Assembly (NCBI RefSeq): GCF_009914755.1
Contig: NC_060927.1
Direction: 5' to 3' (one strand)
DNA: 64,000 bases
Origin: the human T2T-CHM13v2.0 reference genome, Homo sapiens
A model generated the notes under the pieces. That model did no database searches, was not told the DNA's origin, and was given only the letters and a program-made list of their open reading frames with translations. The position numbers and the translations under genes were made by a program. Positions 40,005 to 56,242 of this stretch are shown here, piece after piece. Each line of letters starts with the position of its first letter. Position 1 is the first letter of the stretch.

Positions 40005-40460
40005 TACTGTTAATGTCATGATCTGTATCAGCTCATCCCACCTGAATTCACCTGCACTTATGATCCAAAGTAATCAGTAGGCTGTTAGCTTCATTGGAAA
40101 CCCCTTGCCTGCACATTTTTCAGCACTTTGCAACTTTATTCCACCTACCACTATAGACTCAAGGTGGAAACTAAGGAAATTAACATACCCACATGAGAAG
40201 ATGCCCTCAACTACTAGGTGCTGGTATTTATAGAAAATTTCCCCAGCTTTCTGTTTTCTGGTGGTATAATCGTGATGTGTGTTCCATGCAGTTTCTCAGA
40301 GTGTTCCCATATAATTGAGTCCCAGTTTCCCACAGTGGTGAAATGTTCATTGGTGCACCCTTTTCCTTATTTCAATGCCTCACTTTCCCCACTCACTGAT
40401 GCTTCCTGGGATTGCCTCTCAAATGAACAAACTGCATATAAGTTTGTGTCTCACCATTCT
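40005..40460 (+). mobile_element. LTR16-family (A/B-like) ERVL LTR
   Basis: ATTGAGTCCCAGTTTCCCACAGTGGT and CTCACTTTCCCCACTC...TGCTTCCTGGGATTGCCTCTCAAAT...TGTCTCA. Confidence 0.75.
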
Positions 40461-40499
40461 CTTTCCATGGGAGGTTTGGCAGTCTGGAGGAGTGAATGG

Positions 40500-40850
40500 A
40501 TTGCAAGTTGAGAGAGTTACCAACAGTGGCATTAGAGAACAGTCCTTCAGAATGAGCTTTAAAAATTGTGTCAGATGTCAACAAGGATCATATTGTTGGT
40601 ATAAATAGGATGGTGACAACTGCTGGCATGGTGCTGATCTCTGGCATGATGTAGCTTCCCAATTATTAAGATGCTTGCCTGTGGTAGATAAATGGGAAAG
40701 GAACACAGGTACAAAGACTCTGGTTTATACAAATGCCCCCCACACTTGAAAGACACGAGACAATAATAATTAAAATAATTGTGTAGGCTGGCATTTGCTG
40801 CAAGAGACTTAACTCAGAAATAACAGACAGGCTATAAGCTAACCTCCTGT
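40500..40850 (+). mobile_element. ERVL internal leader remnant
   Basis: CTGGCATGATGTAGC...CAATTATTAAGA...CCTGTGGT, similar to the 17700-17950 region. Confidence 0.55.
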
Positions 40851-40869
40851 TGGGGAAAGAGATCCATGA

Positions 40870-41105
40870 AGTTTTCTTGAAGAAATGAATGTGTATTAAG
40901 CTGTTAAATGGAGCTGACAAAAATGTTGCATGTAGTAAAAGTGAGACATCAGTGCATGTGGAGAAAGCTGTAAGCTAGAAAACTGTAGGCTAGAGTCAGG
41001 AGCTGCTGACAAATCTAGGCAAGGTGTCCAAGGCCAGGTCAGTGAGGCTTTTATATGCCACTTTAAGAAGCTTGGACTTACTTATCCTATGGATAACATG
41101 GACTG
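40870..41105 (-). mobile_element. L2 fragment
   Basis: GGCCAGGTCAGTGAGGCTTTTATATGCCACTTTAAGAAGCTTGGACTT...ATCCT. Confidence 0.55.
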
Positions 41106-41683
41106 ATTCTTGCAGACTTGCTCAATTATACTGAATAAGAAAATGATTTGACTATTTTCTCAACTTTTAAAGGATAGTACATAAGTTGTATCATTCTAGA
41201 TGCATAGAGAAGCAGTAAATTTATTATGTTTAGTGCATGTCTAAGAACATTAGGGCTTACTTCTCTGTAAGAATTGTATTTGAGAAAGGATGAAGGGTTT
41301 TATAAGAGTACCACAGCCTTAGTTTTAAAATTGCCACTCTTTAGTTACACTTGTAGTCCATGAAATGAAAATCAAATTGAATAGGACAATATACTTCCCC
41401 TTCCCTCACATTCACAAAGTAAATCAAACCAGATTACCTGAAACAAAATATTAAACTTCTTGACAAAAATATCTTAAACATCTTAAGAATGACTACTGTA
41501 CTGCATAAAATAATGAAAGTTCCTCTCTGCTATTCTCTTTAAATTATGCATGTAATCTTCAAAGCAACAACTCATACAAAAAATATGGTTTCATAAAATA
41601 TGTTTAAATTCAGTACTGTGAAATCAAATATTTTGTTCTGAATTGAAAAATTGATAATTGTTTTCCTTATAGTCTATGCAACA

Positions 41684-42047
41684 TGTCTTAGTCTACTCAG
41701 GTTACTATAACAGAATACCATAGACCTGGTGACTTAAAAACAACTTAATTCTAATTCTTACATTTCTGGAGGCTGAGAAGTCCAAGAGTAAGGTACCAAC
41801 AGATTCCATGTCTAGTGAGGGCCTGCTTCCTGGCTCATAGACTGTTATTTTCTCCCTGTGTCCTCACATAGCAGAAAGGAAGAACTTTAGTCCCTTCAGT
41901 TCCTTGTAAGGGCACTAATCCCCTTCAAGAAGTCTCCCCTGTCAAGACCTGACCACTTCCCAGAAGCTTTACCTCCAAATACCATCACATTGAGCTTTAT
42001 ATTTCAAATATAAATTTGAGGGGGAAACAAATATTCAGTTGATAGCA
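41684..42047 (-). mobile_element. MLT1A0-like solo MaLR LTR
   Basis: TGTCTTAGTC...AGAATACCATAGAC, GTGAGGGCCTGCTTCCTGG, GGGCACTAATCCC and GATAGCA end. TSD CAACA/CAATG. Confidence 0.92.
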
Positions 42048-42531
42048 CAATGTGAGAAATTTGGGTTTTGTTTCGTTTCTGCTTTTGAAAATGTCTATGC
42101 AAATTGGTTAGCAAGAAACCTTGAATGAGAAACAGGATGCCATTATTATTGCTAAAAGAGTTTTTATTTTAAACGTGAATGCTGAAGAGCCTATGACTGA
42201 ATTTATAACCTATTACAGTAAGTCAACAAGTGAATGCTTTTTCTCTGTCACCCTCGTTCTATAATAGTTATTTCAACATTATGCCAAAATAATACATGAA
42301 ATAAATTTGTAGCTACATGTAAAAGAAAATATATAAGCAACACATAGTTATTTATAATTCAAAATTTAATTACATTTTCACAAACTAATAATAATAAGGA
42401 ATTTTTCTGATTCACACCAGAAATAAATTGCATATCATACAATATTTACATTAATATTATATGGTAAACATTTTTTCTGTGATTGCAGAAATTAAATAAA
42501 AAGAAAACATAGAGCTCTAATTATTCCAAGT

Positions 42532-42955
42532 TGTGTTGATTATAATATGCTAGTTTTGCTGTCAGAAATATATAGTAATCCAAAACTTCAATGTCTTAAA
42601 TCAGGAAAGGTTTTTTTTTTTTTTTTCCTCATCTACACTAAATGTTTAATGCAAAAGAGATGGGCAACGGTAAGGAACAATGCTCCAAGTAGTTATTCAT
42701 AAATTTAGGTTCGCTGGGGCTCAACAATATTATTGCCATTTGCTGCAACTCAGGAAGAGAATATGGTTAAACCTCACCTATTGTTCTATAATTCCTCCTA
42801 CAAATGACACCTACTAATTTTTTCCACAGTCTACTGGCTTGAAATAGTCACACATTCAAACCATGCTGCAAGAAAGCTTAGAATTTTAATATTCCATGTG
42901 TTCAGGAAGAAGAGAAATTCTGGAGAGCCTAAGTATTAGTAACATTGAATACATA
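42532..42955 (-). mobile_element. Old MLT1 (J-like) LTR
   Basis: TGCTAGTTTTGCTG...CCAAAACTTCAATGTCTTAAA, ACTGGCTTGAAATAGTCACA and CCATGTGTTCAGGAAGAAGAG. Confidence 0.65.
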
Positions 42956-43115
42956 TTCTCAGTTCCTAAGGACTGTAATTCAATTATCCAATTTTAAGGC
43001 GGAAACAATAAATATCATGTCATTTTTGCGATAATGAATTAAAGCAATGTATTTAAATCTTATGCCTTGAAGAACTGTTATATAATAAATCTATTTTCTT
43101 ATCTACTGTTCACAG

Positions 43116-43223
43116 ACTTCTTTCACAGTGGTGCTATTGGAACAAGCTGATCTTGTCACTAGCACCTTGAATTTATGCAAGCAGTTACTCTCAAGAAGCT
43201 GCAAAATACATTTCTTCAGACTG
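43116..43223 (+). other. Candidate internal exon (108 nt)
   Basis: Pyrimidine-rich acceptor ...CTACTGTTCACAG, consensus donor CTG|GTGAGT, and one open frame. No transcript evidence. Confidence 0.3.
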
Positions 43224-43658
43224 GTGAGTAACACATGGACTCAGATTTGCTTGAGATTTAGCAAAATATTCTGAATTAAAATACATAAGTCAAATCATTT
43301 TTACTAACTATAAAGTAATGAAATGCTTGGATTTTCAGAATAAATTTAGTCTTTATAACTCAGCACCACTGGTCCAACTACTTTTCTCTCCACTTCATCT
43401 ATATTTAGTATTCTCTAATTTTATATTTCACATTTATTATCTATTTAAGAAATACAATAAGTAGAGCATGTTGAGAGGTCTGCATACATAATAATATGTG
43501 CTGTAAATTCATTTACTAATGCATGTACAATTTAGAAGTATGACTTGATTGTGTAAGAATTTTAATTTCTCCATACTCCTGATAGACAGAGTACACAAAG
43601 AAACAAATAAACAGATTAAGTGAATGCACCAAAAGTCAATAGCAGGTGTCATTTCTGA

Positions 43659-44018
<360 letters not shown>

Positions 44019-44279
44019 TCACTTATTTTTTGACAATTAATGTATTTTTCTCAGCATAATTCTGAAAAACATATAGACACATTGTGTAAAAACCAATGTG
44101 AAGTTATCAGAAATTCTAAATTTTAGAAAAAGTAATGAAAAACTGTCTGCAGACAAACTTGCTGTCTGTATGTGCTCCACCATTTATTAATTGTTTTAAC
44201 TTTGAGAAATTTGAGTACATTCTCTTGAAATATATTTATAGACATGCTAGTTTTCCATCAATATCCAGATACTCCTTTC

Positions 44280-44655
44280 TCAGAAAGGATTTTTGGATGT
44301 ATAATCTTTCAAAATGAAGACAATATTTTCTGTTTTTCCTTCCCTTATGTATGACTAATGCTGACAAATCAAGCTGTCATGAGTCTGTATCTGGAAAGCT
44401 GCTTTTTTTTTCTTCCTCATTCTTTTCTTCACATCCTTCCTTCTCAACCTCAACCACACTATCCATCAGGAACTCAGTTCCTCACTGTGAAGCAGACAAT
44501 TTGAAAGAGCCTCAGCCTATGAGGATTTTATAGAACAGAATGATCACATAAATTCTTGAATTATTTTTGAGAGAAATAAGCACCTGTCTGCATTAAGCTA
44601 CTGTTACTTTAAGTTTTCTGTGAATGTGGGCTAAACATAATCTTAACTTGATGTA
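44280..44655 (+). mobile_element. Old MLT1 (K/L-like) LTR 3' part
   Basis: GAAAGAGCCTCAGCCT...TGAGAGAAATAAGCACC...TTAAGCTACTGTTA...CATAATCTTAAC. Confidence 0.5.
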
Positions 44656-46510
44656 TAATACCTCAAACAATTATTGTTGAAATTAAATAAGATAATATTT
44701 ATTATGTGTTTAGCATGGTGACTCTTTATTTGATAAATATTTTGTACATTTTGTCTATTATTTCTTTTTTCATGGTTATTCAAAACTATTTCTATATGTT
44801 CAAGAAAAAGAAGTCAATTCAGTTCAATTCAGTAAGCATTTATTGACTAACCTCTTTTTCCATGGCTTTGAAACAAAGATCAGAAAGCCAAACTTCTGTT
44901 GGGCTGGAGGTAAATACTGAAATAATTAGAAGAAAATGAAAACATATGCAACTTTGCACAAATCTGTTACAAAACTATGTATAATATCAATTAAAAAGCG
45001 ACTTCGGAAGTCATTATTTCATAGAAAATGTATATGTAGGTTAAAGTCTAGATCACCCATTTTACAATGAAGTACTTCTTCAGATTTATATGCCCACTTG
45101 GATTGATTCTAGAACTTGACATTTGGAAATATTTACTTCTAAACCTCAATTTCATTTTAATTACAAACTTTTAAATTACCGGTAGCTTTCAGATTCAAAT
45201 TCAATTATTAAAAATTCTTCTTAAAAAAAAACTTTATAACAATAAATTTACACAAGTATTTTTCTTCTAAAAGATTGATTTCAAATGATTAAAACTATTG
45301 CTCATATAAATGTCCCAGTTCTGTTTGTAAAAGCATACTGATCCTCAAAGTTCAAAGTTGTAAATTTTAAGTGATATTTGCTGAATGTTATTATATAATT
45401 GGTCTTTTATGGTCTTGTACTTTTAGAGCTCCTATTGCCTGCAAAAGTCAGAGAATGTAGTTTGAACAGTGGTTTCATTTCTATTTAGCATCATGCTTTA
45501 TTTATAGTAAATGCACAATAAATATTTATTTATTATAGGACCACCAGTTGTTGTTTTTCTTTAATTAAGCAAACTGGGCCATGACTTGGTCCTCATTAAA
45601 ATTCCAAATTTATGATATTCAAGTCAATGAACATATTTATTCCATTTAAAATTATGCATTTGTAAACAAATCTTTTAAAGTAATTGCCCAAGCAAAAGAA
45701 ATTATCGGGTTAGATGGGACATTATACCTTTCTATTAACCCTTAACTAAACGCATTGTAGTTAGTATTAACTGATATTTCAGACTACTTTTCAGCTTTTC
45801 AATTCAAATTTGAATACCAAAGATTATTTTCCAACTAAACTCTTTTAATGAAGTTATTAAAATTCATAAGGTGATAGATGTGTGAGCTTTGTAATAATAA
45901 AAATATACAATGATAAAATATAATATGTATATTTTGACCTAAAAGATACTAAAAGTATTTGAGCTCTTATTGTTTTCTGCTAAGAATACTCATGTGCAAA
46001 GCAACAAAAAAATTCTATGATACATATCCAAATAATGAAATATTCAGTAATCATAAATCAGTTTGTTCCAGTTCGTTTGGTGATTTTTATGAGCAAATTG
46101 AATTAGATCTTTGTTAATTACGTATCCAGCAAAGCACTTTGAAAGTTTATGAATCTTTCAAGGTTCTTCAGGCAATATTTAAGGATTAACATATTTTTTA
46201 AGTCTTGGAAAGAAGCATTATATCATTTCCCCTCAGAATTCTGAGACTGAAAAAATGCAAATACTAAAAGAAACACCAATATGCATACTGATTATATATG
46301 TGCATAATAAAAATCAGCAAACTATATAGATATATATTCTTGTCAATTGCATCAGAAATTGTTATATCATATCTTCAACAAAATAAAAAATATCACTACT
46401 TTTTACTACTGATCCCTCTGACTCATATTCTGAGAGGGTTCAGAGACCAATTAAAAGGCTACTTCAGTTTTTAGCTGGATTCTATACAACAGTGTATCAG
46501 TCACCTCAAG

Positions 46511-46813
46511 TTTTTTTTTTTTTTTTTTTTTTTATGAGATGGAGCCTCGCTCTGTTGCTAGGCTGGAGTGCAGTGGAACAATCTTGGCTCACTGCAACCT
46601 CCGTCTCCTGAGTTCAAGCGATTCTCCTGCCTCAGCCTTCCGAGTAGCTGGGACTACGGGTGTCCGCCACCACACCCAGCTAATCTGCGTACTTTTCGTA
46701 GAGAGGGAATTTCACCATGTTGTCCAGAATGGTCTCCTTCTCTTGACCTCGTGATCCGCCCGCCTCGGCCACCGAAGTGCTGGGATTACGGGTGTGAGCC
46801 ACCGCGCCCGGCC
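46511..46813 (-). mobile_element. Alu (AluSc-like)
   Basis: TGTTGCTAGGCTGG and TCTTGACCTCGTGATC. TSD GTCACC(T/A)CAAG. Confidence 0.96.
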
Positions 46814-46974
46814 GTCACCACAAGCTTTACCTGTTTACTGAACGAAAGATATGCTTCTTTCTTCCAAAATTCATAGGTTGCTGAGAATAAAGGTAAATTT
46901 GGCACCATATGATATTTAGAAAAGTCCTATTACAATGAAGAGAAAAAATATTAAATGAAAAGGGACTATGTTTC

Positions 46975-47364
46975 TATCTTAGACCATTTTATGCTGTCAG
47001 AATGCCGAGGACTGGTTAAGTTATTTAAAAACAGAGGTTTATTTCTTACCGTTCTGGATGCTGGGAAGTCCAAGATCTAGGAGCCTGTATCTGGCAAGAG
47101 GTTTCTTCCTGTATCATCCCGTGAGGGAAGGTGGAAGGGCAAGAGAGCATGTGCAACACAGAGAGGGAGTGGAGCTGAACTCATTCTTTTATCAGGAACC
47201 CACTCAGGATAACTAACCAACTTCCACCATGACAGCATTAATCCATTCATGAGGGCAGAGCTCTCATGAGCCAATCACCTCTTAAATCTCACCTCTCAAC
47301 ACGGTTGCAGTGGGGATTAAGTTTCTAACACATAAACTTTGTGGGATGCATTTAAACAGCAACA
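46975..47364 (-). mobile_element. MST (MSTC/D-like) solo MaLR LTR
   Basis: CAGGAACCCACTC...GCATTAATCCATTCATGAGGGCAGAGC...AATCACCTCTTAAA. TSD GTTTC/ATTTC. Confidence 0.9.
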
Positions 47365-47679
47365 ATTTCCAACTGCTTCTTTGAAAATATATTTAAAATC
47401 GCTACAGGGAATAATTGTGAGATGTAAAGAAAAAGATGAGCAATAATATATAGGTAACAAGAATATTTCTTCTAATCAAATAGAATAAAAAGAATGATTA
47501 ATAAATATATTTTAATTTCATAGATATATATCCCCATTTTAAGATTATTTAAAAACTATTATAAGATTAATTAAATGGAAGGAGGAAGAAAGTCTCATTT
47601 ATTGGATCCTATTCTAAGAAATGCATATATTATCCCTTCTATTCTTTTATAATAACCTCACATATAAGGAAAATGGGAC

Positions 47680-48091
47680 TACTAGGGTTTAGTGTCCCAA
47701 AAAGTTCATGCATTGAAAACGTAATCACCAATGAAACAATGTTGAGAGGTGGAACCTTAAGAGGTGATTAGGTCATGAGGGCTCCTCCCTCAGGAATAGA
47801 TGAATGTAATTATATTGGGTGATTATATATATCACTGTGAGAGTGGGTTGGTTATAACAGCAAGTTCTGCCTCCTCTTGCTCTCTCGTGCTCTCTCTCAC
47901 CCATGTGATGCCTTCTGCCATCTTATAAGCACAGCAAAATCACCTTCATCAAATGCCAACACCATGCTCTTGGACTCCCTAGGCTCCAGAACAGTAAGCC
48001 AAATAAATTTCTATTCATTATAAATAAATTATTATGATCCATTACCCAGTGTCAGGTACTCTGTTATAGCAGCAAATAATGAACTAAGACA
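47680..48091 (+). mobile_element. MST (MSTC/D-like) solo MaLR LTR, apparently inserted in a MIR
   Basis: AAGAGGTGATTAGGTCATGAGGGC, ATTACCCAGTGTCAGGTA and GAACTAAGACA end. TSD GGGAC/GGGGC. Confidence 0.9.
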
Positions 48092-48282
48092 GGGGCCAAG
48101 ATAAATAGCTTGCTCAAAGTGACTTGGTGAGGTCTTTGTAACTCTAGAAGAGTTAGAAACTGATCACAATCCCAATTCTATCTTGTTTTAAGCATACTAT
48201 TGTATTTGTATGACACTGTGCAGAGTTCACTATGTGAATAATAACTCTCTGAACTAAAAAGAAAGCATTATTATTGCATACT

Positions 48283-49053
48283 TTTTTTAAAAAATATTAC
48301 TTTAAATTCCGGGATACACGTGCAGAATGTGCAGGTTTGTTAGATAGGTATACATGTGCCATGGTGGTTTGCTGCACCTATCAACCCATCATCTAGGTTT
48401 TAAGCCCTGCATGCATTAAGCATTTGTCCTAATGCTCTCCTTCCCCTTTTCCCCACCCCCCAACAGGACCCAGTGTATGATGTTCCCCTCTCTATGTCCA
48501 TGTGTTCTCGTTGTTCAACTCCCACTTATGAGTGAGAACATGCAGTGTTTGGTTTTCTGGTCCTGTGTTACTTTGCTGAGAATGATGGCTCTCAGCTTCA
48601 TCCATGTCCCTGCAAAGGACATGATCTCATTCTTTTTCATGGCTGCATAGTATTCCATGGTATATATGTGTCACATTTTCTTTATGTAATGTATCATTGA
48701 TGGGCACTTGGGTTGGTTCCAAGTTTTTGCTATTGTAAATACTGCTGCAATAATCATATGTGTGCATGTGTCTTTATAGTTGAATGACATATAATCTTTT
48801 GGGTATATACCCAGTAACGGGATTGCTGGGTCAAATGGTATTTCTGGTTCTAGATCCTTGAGGAATCACCATACTGTCTTCCACAATGGTTGAACTAATT
48901 TACACTCCCACCAGCAGTGTAAAATGTTCCTATTTCTCCACAGCCTCACCAGCATCTATTGTTTCTTGACTTTTTAATAATCACCATTCTGACTGGCATG
49001 AGATGGTATCTCACTGTGGTTTTGATTTGCGTTTCTCTAATGACTAGTGATGA
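48283..49053 (-). mobile_element. 5'-truncated L1PA (PA7/8-like) 3' fragment
   Basis: L1PA 3'UTR and ORF2 end (GGGATTGCTGGGTCAAATGGTATTTCTGGTTCTAGATCCTTGAGG). Degenerate TSD TGCAT...TTTTTAAAA. Confidence 0.95.
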
Positions 49054-50316
49054 TGCATCAAATTTTTAAAAGATGAAACAGTCCTAAAGGGGCTAACTGA
49101 CTCATATAAGTTTGTTAAGGTAAATAGTTGAGGAATTTTAAACCCTTTAGCCACACTTCTCCCCTCTAGCTGTGAGATTTTTCTTTTTGAGATATAATTT
49201 AAATTGGAAGTAAACAAAAGTATTTTTATATATCTTATTTCAGTATGTTTGCAAATAAAATGATTTTAAATATGTTTTTGCTAGAGGGCATTATCTTTTA
49301 TTAGCCTCCAGTTGTGAAAAGGTCATGCATATTGATAAAATTATTACTAATGAAAACATGACATTCAAACTTTTCTTCCAATAAAATTGTCTTCTGTTTA
49401 TTGTAGTTCAAAAATAATAATAAAATTTATTTCTTACAGATATTATTATAGATATCTTAGAAAAATATAAGCCATTTGTTTTATAGGATAATTTTTACTG
49501 TTCCCTAATAAAAATTGAAAAAGCTGGAATTTGGAGCATAAATCCTTCAGAGTAACTCTTGATTCTTATTCACATCTATTTGAACTTTTTTATGTCAACT
49601 TTCCCTGTTTGTTTTATTTTATATGTTACCTTAAATAGACTCTCAGTGTGTGATGAGAACTTTATTATCTATTTAAACTGGAAAGAAAAATGTTCCTTTA
49701 TATAATAAATGAGATCTACTGTTAAGCTATGTTTGCTATAATCTCTGGTATGACTAGAGCTTATCAGTTGATTGATGGCCTGGCTTGACTGATATATCAT
49801 AGCCTAACTGTTAGAACACAGGTGAGGGAGAAATTATAAAAAATTACTTAGCTATGTTTTTATATGGGCTAGTTTATTTTAGATAAAATTCTCCTCCCTT
49901 CCAAATTAAACTGTACAATTTAAAATTTAATCTTTAAGACTACAGGCAGCTCTTATAAGTAACAATATAAAATGATTCCCTCAGCATTAAGAATTAATTT
50001 TTATGTGTTCCCTTTAATTCTACTTATTCTTTTTGTAGGGATTTCTCTTATTCCTCTTCAATGGCTCATTCACCTATGTAACCAAGGAAATTTCACATAG
50101 TCACCTCAGCTCCACAGTGATCAAATTTACTTATTATATTTTCTTTACCTTTGAAATGAATAGCTTTTTTTTGTTTTTTTTTACTAATTTTTCACCTATA
50201 CCTGTTTATATTAAGTTAGCTCATGGAATACAAAAAGTTTAAGAAAGAAAGTTAACAAGTCTGTAATGCTACTGTACTAAGAAATCTACAACTAATATTT
50301 CAGGGACAAACAATTC

Positions 50317-50451
50317 ATATATATATAAAATACATATATATAATATATATATAACATACATATATATAATATATATAATACATATATTATATATAATACA
50401 TATATATATAATAAATATATAAAATACATATATATATATATAGTGTGTGTG
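50317..50451. repeat. Interrupted (TA)n plus (TG)n repeat at the Alu tail position
   Basis: Read directly from the sequence. Confidence 0.95.
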
Positions 50452-50781
<330 letters not shown>

Positions 50782-50789
50782 TAAATCTG

Positions 50790-52402
<1,613 letters not shown>

Positions 52403-55400
52403 TATAAGTGAAGTTTTTAGAATATATACTCCTGAGTTCTATTGTGCAACTTCACATTGATACAACTTCTGAAAGCATCCAAGGTTATGAGTCAGTTCAG
52501 CCCTATGCAATGTGAATCACCAAGTTTCAAATGTCACATGTTAGAAATATTCTAAAGATGGAAGAAACTGTTCCTCAAGAAACTGTGGGTCTGAAATGTG
52601 ATAATGAATGATTCACTAATGGTAAAATAAAAATCATCCCGTGTGCTCATGAATACATAGGTTGGCATCTATATAGAGTATTCTGAACATTTGTAGTACC
52701 TAAATAAGCATTTCACTGGTAACTCAGAATTTCCATAAGAAAGCAGTTACTTTCTCAAATATTTTGTGGGGATTATACTAAATTTATTTTAGTGGGTAGA
52801 ATAAGAGATCTCATTCATGGTTTCTGCTGTATAATTAGTCCAATATTTGTTGGATCTTTGGAGCAAACTCAGATCAGGATTGACTAAAAAGACTTTATAT
52901 ATTTTTAAGTTTTCTCTGTGTCTCATTTGGATAAAAAAATTAGAATAGTTATTCATTAACTAATTTTTGACACTTTGATAATCTGTATTCATAGAAATAT
53001 TCCATTGATTCCCTACCCTAATATATAAATATATTGGTAAGGTTTTAATTTTTTTTCATTTCCTCCTCACTAAAAAACTGGTGAAAATCTTAAAATTTCA
53101 CAAGGCTTGTGAAGAGTCACTGGTCTAATCAAATCGAGATTTTTCTTCACTTTCATAATCCACGTTTTGGAAAATATCTGTTTTTGTGTCCCAGAAAATA
53201 TTTATTACTTGACTTTAAATTAAAATGGTCTGTAATTTTTTTATAAAGAAGAACATTTCTGGATTAGTGAATGTTCCATTCCATTGTGGTTTAAGTTTAT
53301 ATGAACAAGCTAGTTTCTGAGGTGAAAAAGATATTTTTAAAATTTTTAATTTTTGGCTCAGGGGTACAAGTGCAGGTTTCTTATATAGGTAAATTGTATG
53401 TCACAGGGTTCTGGTGTACAGATTACTTTGTCCTCCAGGTAATAAGCATAGTGGCCAATGGGTAGTTTTTTGATCCACACACTTCCACCCTCCACCGTCC
53501 ACTAGGCCCTGATGTCTGTTGTTCCCTTTCATTGTGTCCATGTGTATCCAGTGTTTAGCTCCCACTTATAAGTGAGGGCGTCTGGTATTTGGTTTTCTGT
53601 TCCTGTATTAGTTCGGTTATTTAATGGACTCCAGCTCCACCCATGTTACAGAAAATGATATGATCTTATTATTTTTCATGGCTGTGTAATATCCCATGGT
53701 GCATATGTACTGCATTTTATTTATCCAGTGTATTATTGATGGGCATTTAAGGTGATTCCATATCTTTGCTGTTGTAAATAGTACTGTGATGAACATACAT
53801 GTGTATCTGTCTTTATGACAGACTAATTTATATTCCTTTTGGTATATACCCAATAACAGGATTGCTGGGTTGAATGGTAGTTTTAAGTTCTTTGAGAAAT
53901 TGCCACACTGCTTTCCACAATAGCTGAACTAATGTATATTCCTACTTGCATCATATAAGTATTTCTTTTTCTCCACACTCTCACCAGCCCCTGTTATTTT
54001 TTGACTATTAATAATAGCCACTCCGACTGGTGTGAGATGTATCTTATTGTGGTTCTGATTTGTATTTCTCTAATGTTTATTGATGTTGAGCTTTTTAAAA
54101 TGTTTGTTGGCCATATGCATGTTTTCTTTTGAAAAGTGTCTGTTCATGTCCTTTCCCATTTTGTAATGAGCTTGTTTGTTTTTTCCCTGTTCATTTGTTT
54201 AAGGTCTGTATAGATTCTGGAAGTTAGATCTTTGTTGGATGTTTAAATTGCAAATATTTTCTCCCATTCTGTAGGTTGTCTGTTTACTCTGTTGATAGTT
54301 TCTTTTACTGTGCAGAAGCTCTTTAGTTTAATTAGATCTCATTTGTCAATTTTTTATTGCATTGCAACTACTTTTGGCATCATTGTCACAAAATCTTTGC
54401 CAGGGCCTATGTTCAGAATGGAATTTCCTAGATTTTCTTCCAGGATATTTTAAATGGTTTTAGATTTTACATTTAAGTCTTTAATCCATCTTGAGTTGAT
54501 TTGTATATGGTGTAAGGAAGGCATTCAGTTTCAGTCTTCTGTATATGGCTAGCCAGTTATCTCAGCACCGTATATTGAATAAGGAATCCTTTCCCCATTG
54601 TTTGTTTTTGCTGACGTTGTCAAAGATCAGATGGTTGTAGACGTGTGGCTTTATTTCTTGGCTCTCTATTCTGTTTCATTGGATTATGTGTCTGTTTTTG
54701 TACTAGCACCATGATGGTTTGATTACTGTAGCCTTGTAATGTAGTTCGAAGTAGGGTACTGTGATGCCTCCAGCTCTGTTCCTTTTAAGATTGCTTTGGT
54801 GATTTAGACTCTTTTTCGGCTTCATATTAATTTTACGATAGTTTTTTTCTAGTTCTATGAAGAATATCATTGGTAGTTTGATAGGAATAGCATTGAATCT
54901 GTAAATTGCTTTGGGCAGTATGACCATTTTAATCGTGTTGATTCTTCCTATCCATAAGCATGGAATGTTTTTCCATTTACTTGTGTTATCTCTGATTTCT
55001 TTGAGCGATGTTTGGTAATTTTCATTGTAAACATCTTTCACCCCCATGGTTAGCTATATTTCTAGGTATTGTATTCCCTTTGTTGTCATTGTGAATAGGA
55101 TTGTGTTCTTAATTTGGCTCTTGGCTTGGATGTTATTGGTGTATAGAAACACTACTGATTTTGTATATTTATTTTGTATCCTGAAGCTTTGCTGAAGTTG
55201 TTTATCATATCTAGCAGCTTTAGGGCAGAGACTGGGGGATTTTCTAGGTATATAATTATATCATCTGCAAACAGGGATGGTTTGACTTCCTCTCCTTCTA
55301 TTTGTATGCCTTTTATTTCTTTCTTTTCCTTGATTTCTCTGGCTAGGGCTTTGAGTACTATTTTGAATAGGAGTGGTGAAAGTGGGAATCCTTTTCTTGT

Positions 55401-55712
55401 TCCACTTGTCAGGTGGAATGCTTCCACCTTTCACCTATTCAGTATGATGTTGCATGTGGTTTTGTCAAAGATAGCTCCTTGAATGCCTGGATTGTTGAGG
55501 GATTTTAACATGAAATAATACTGAATTTTATCAAAAGCATTTCATGCATCTATTGAGATTATCATGTGGTTTCTGTTTATGTGATTAATCACATATATAT
55601 TGATTTGTATATGTTTAACCAACTTTGCCTCTCAGGTATAAAGCCTGCTAGATTGTGGTGGATTAACTTTTTCTGTGCTGCTGGATTCTGTGTGCTAGTA
55701 TTTTGTTGATAA

Positions 55713-56242
<530 letters not shown>

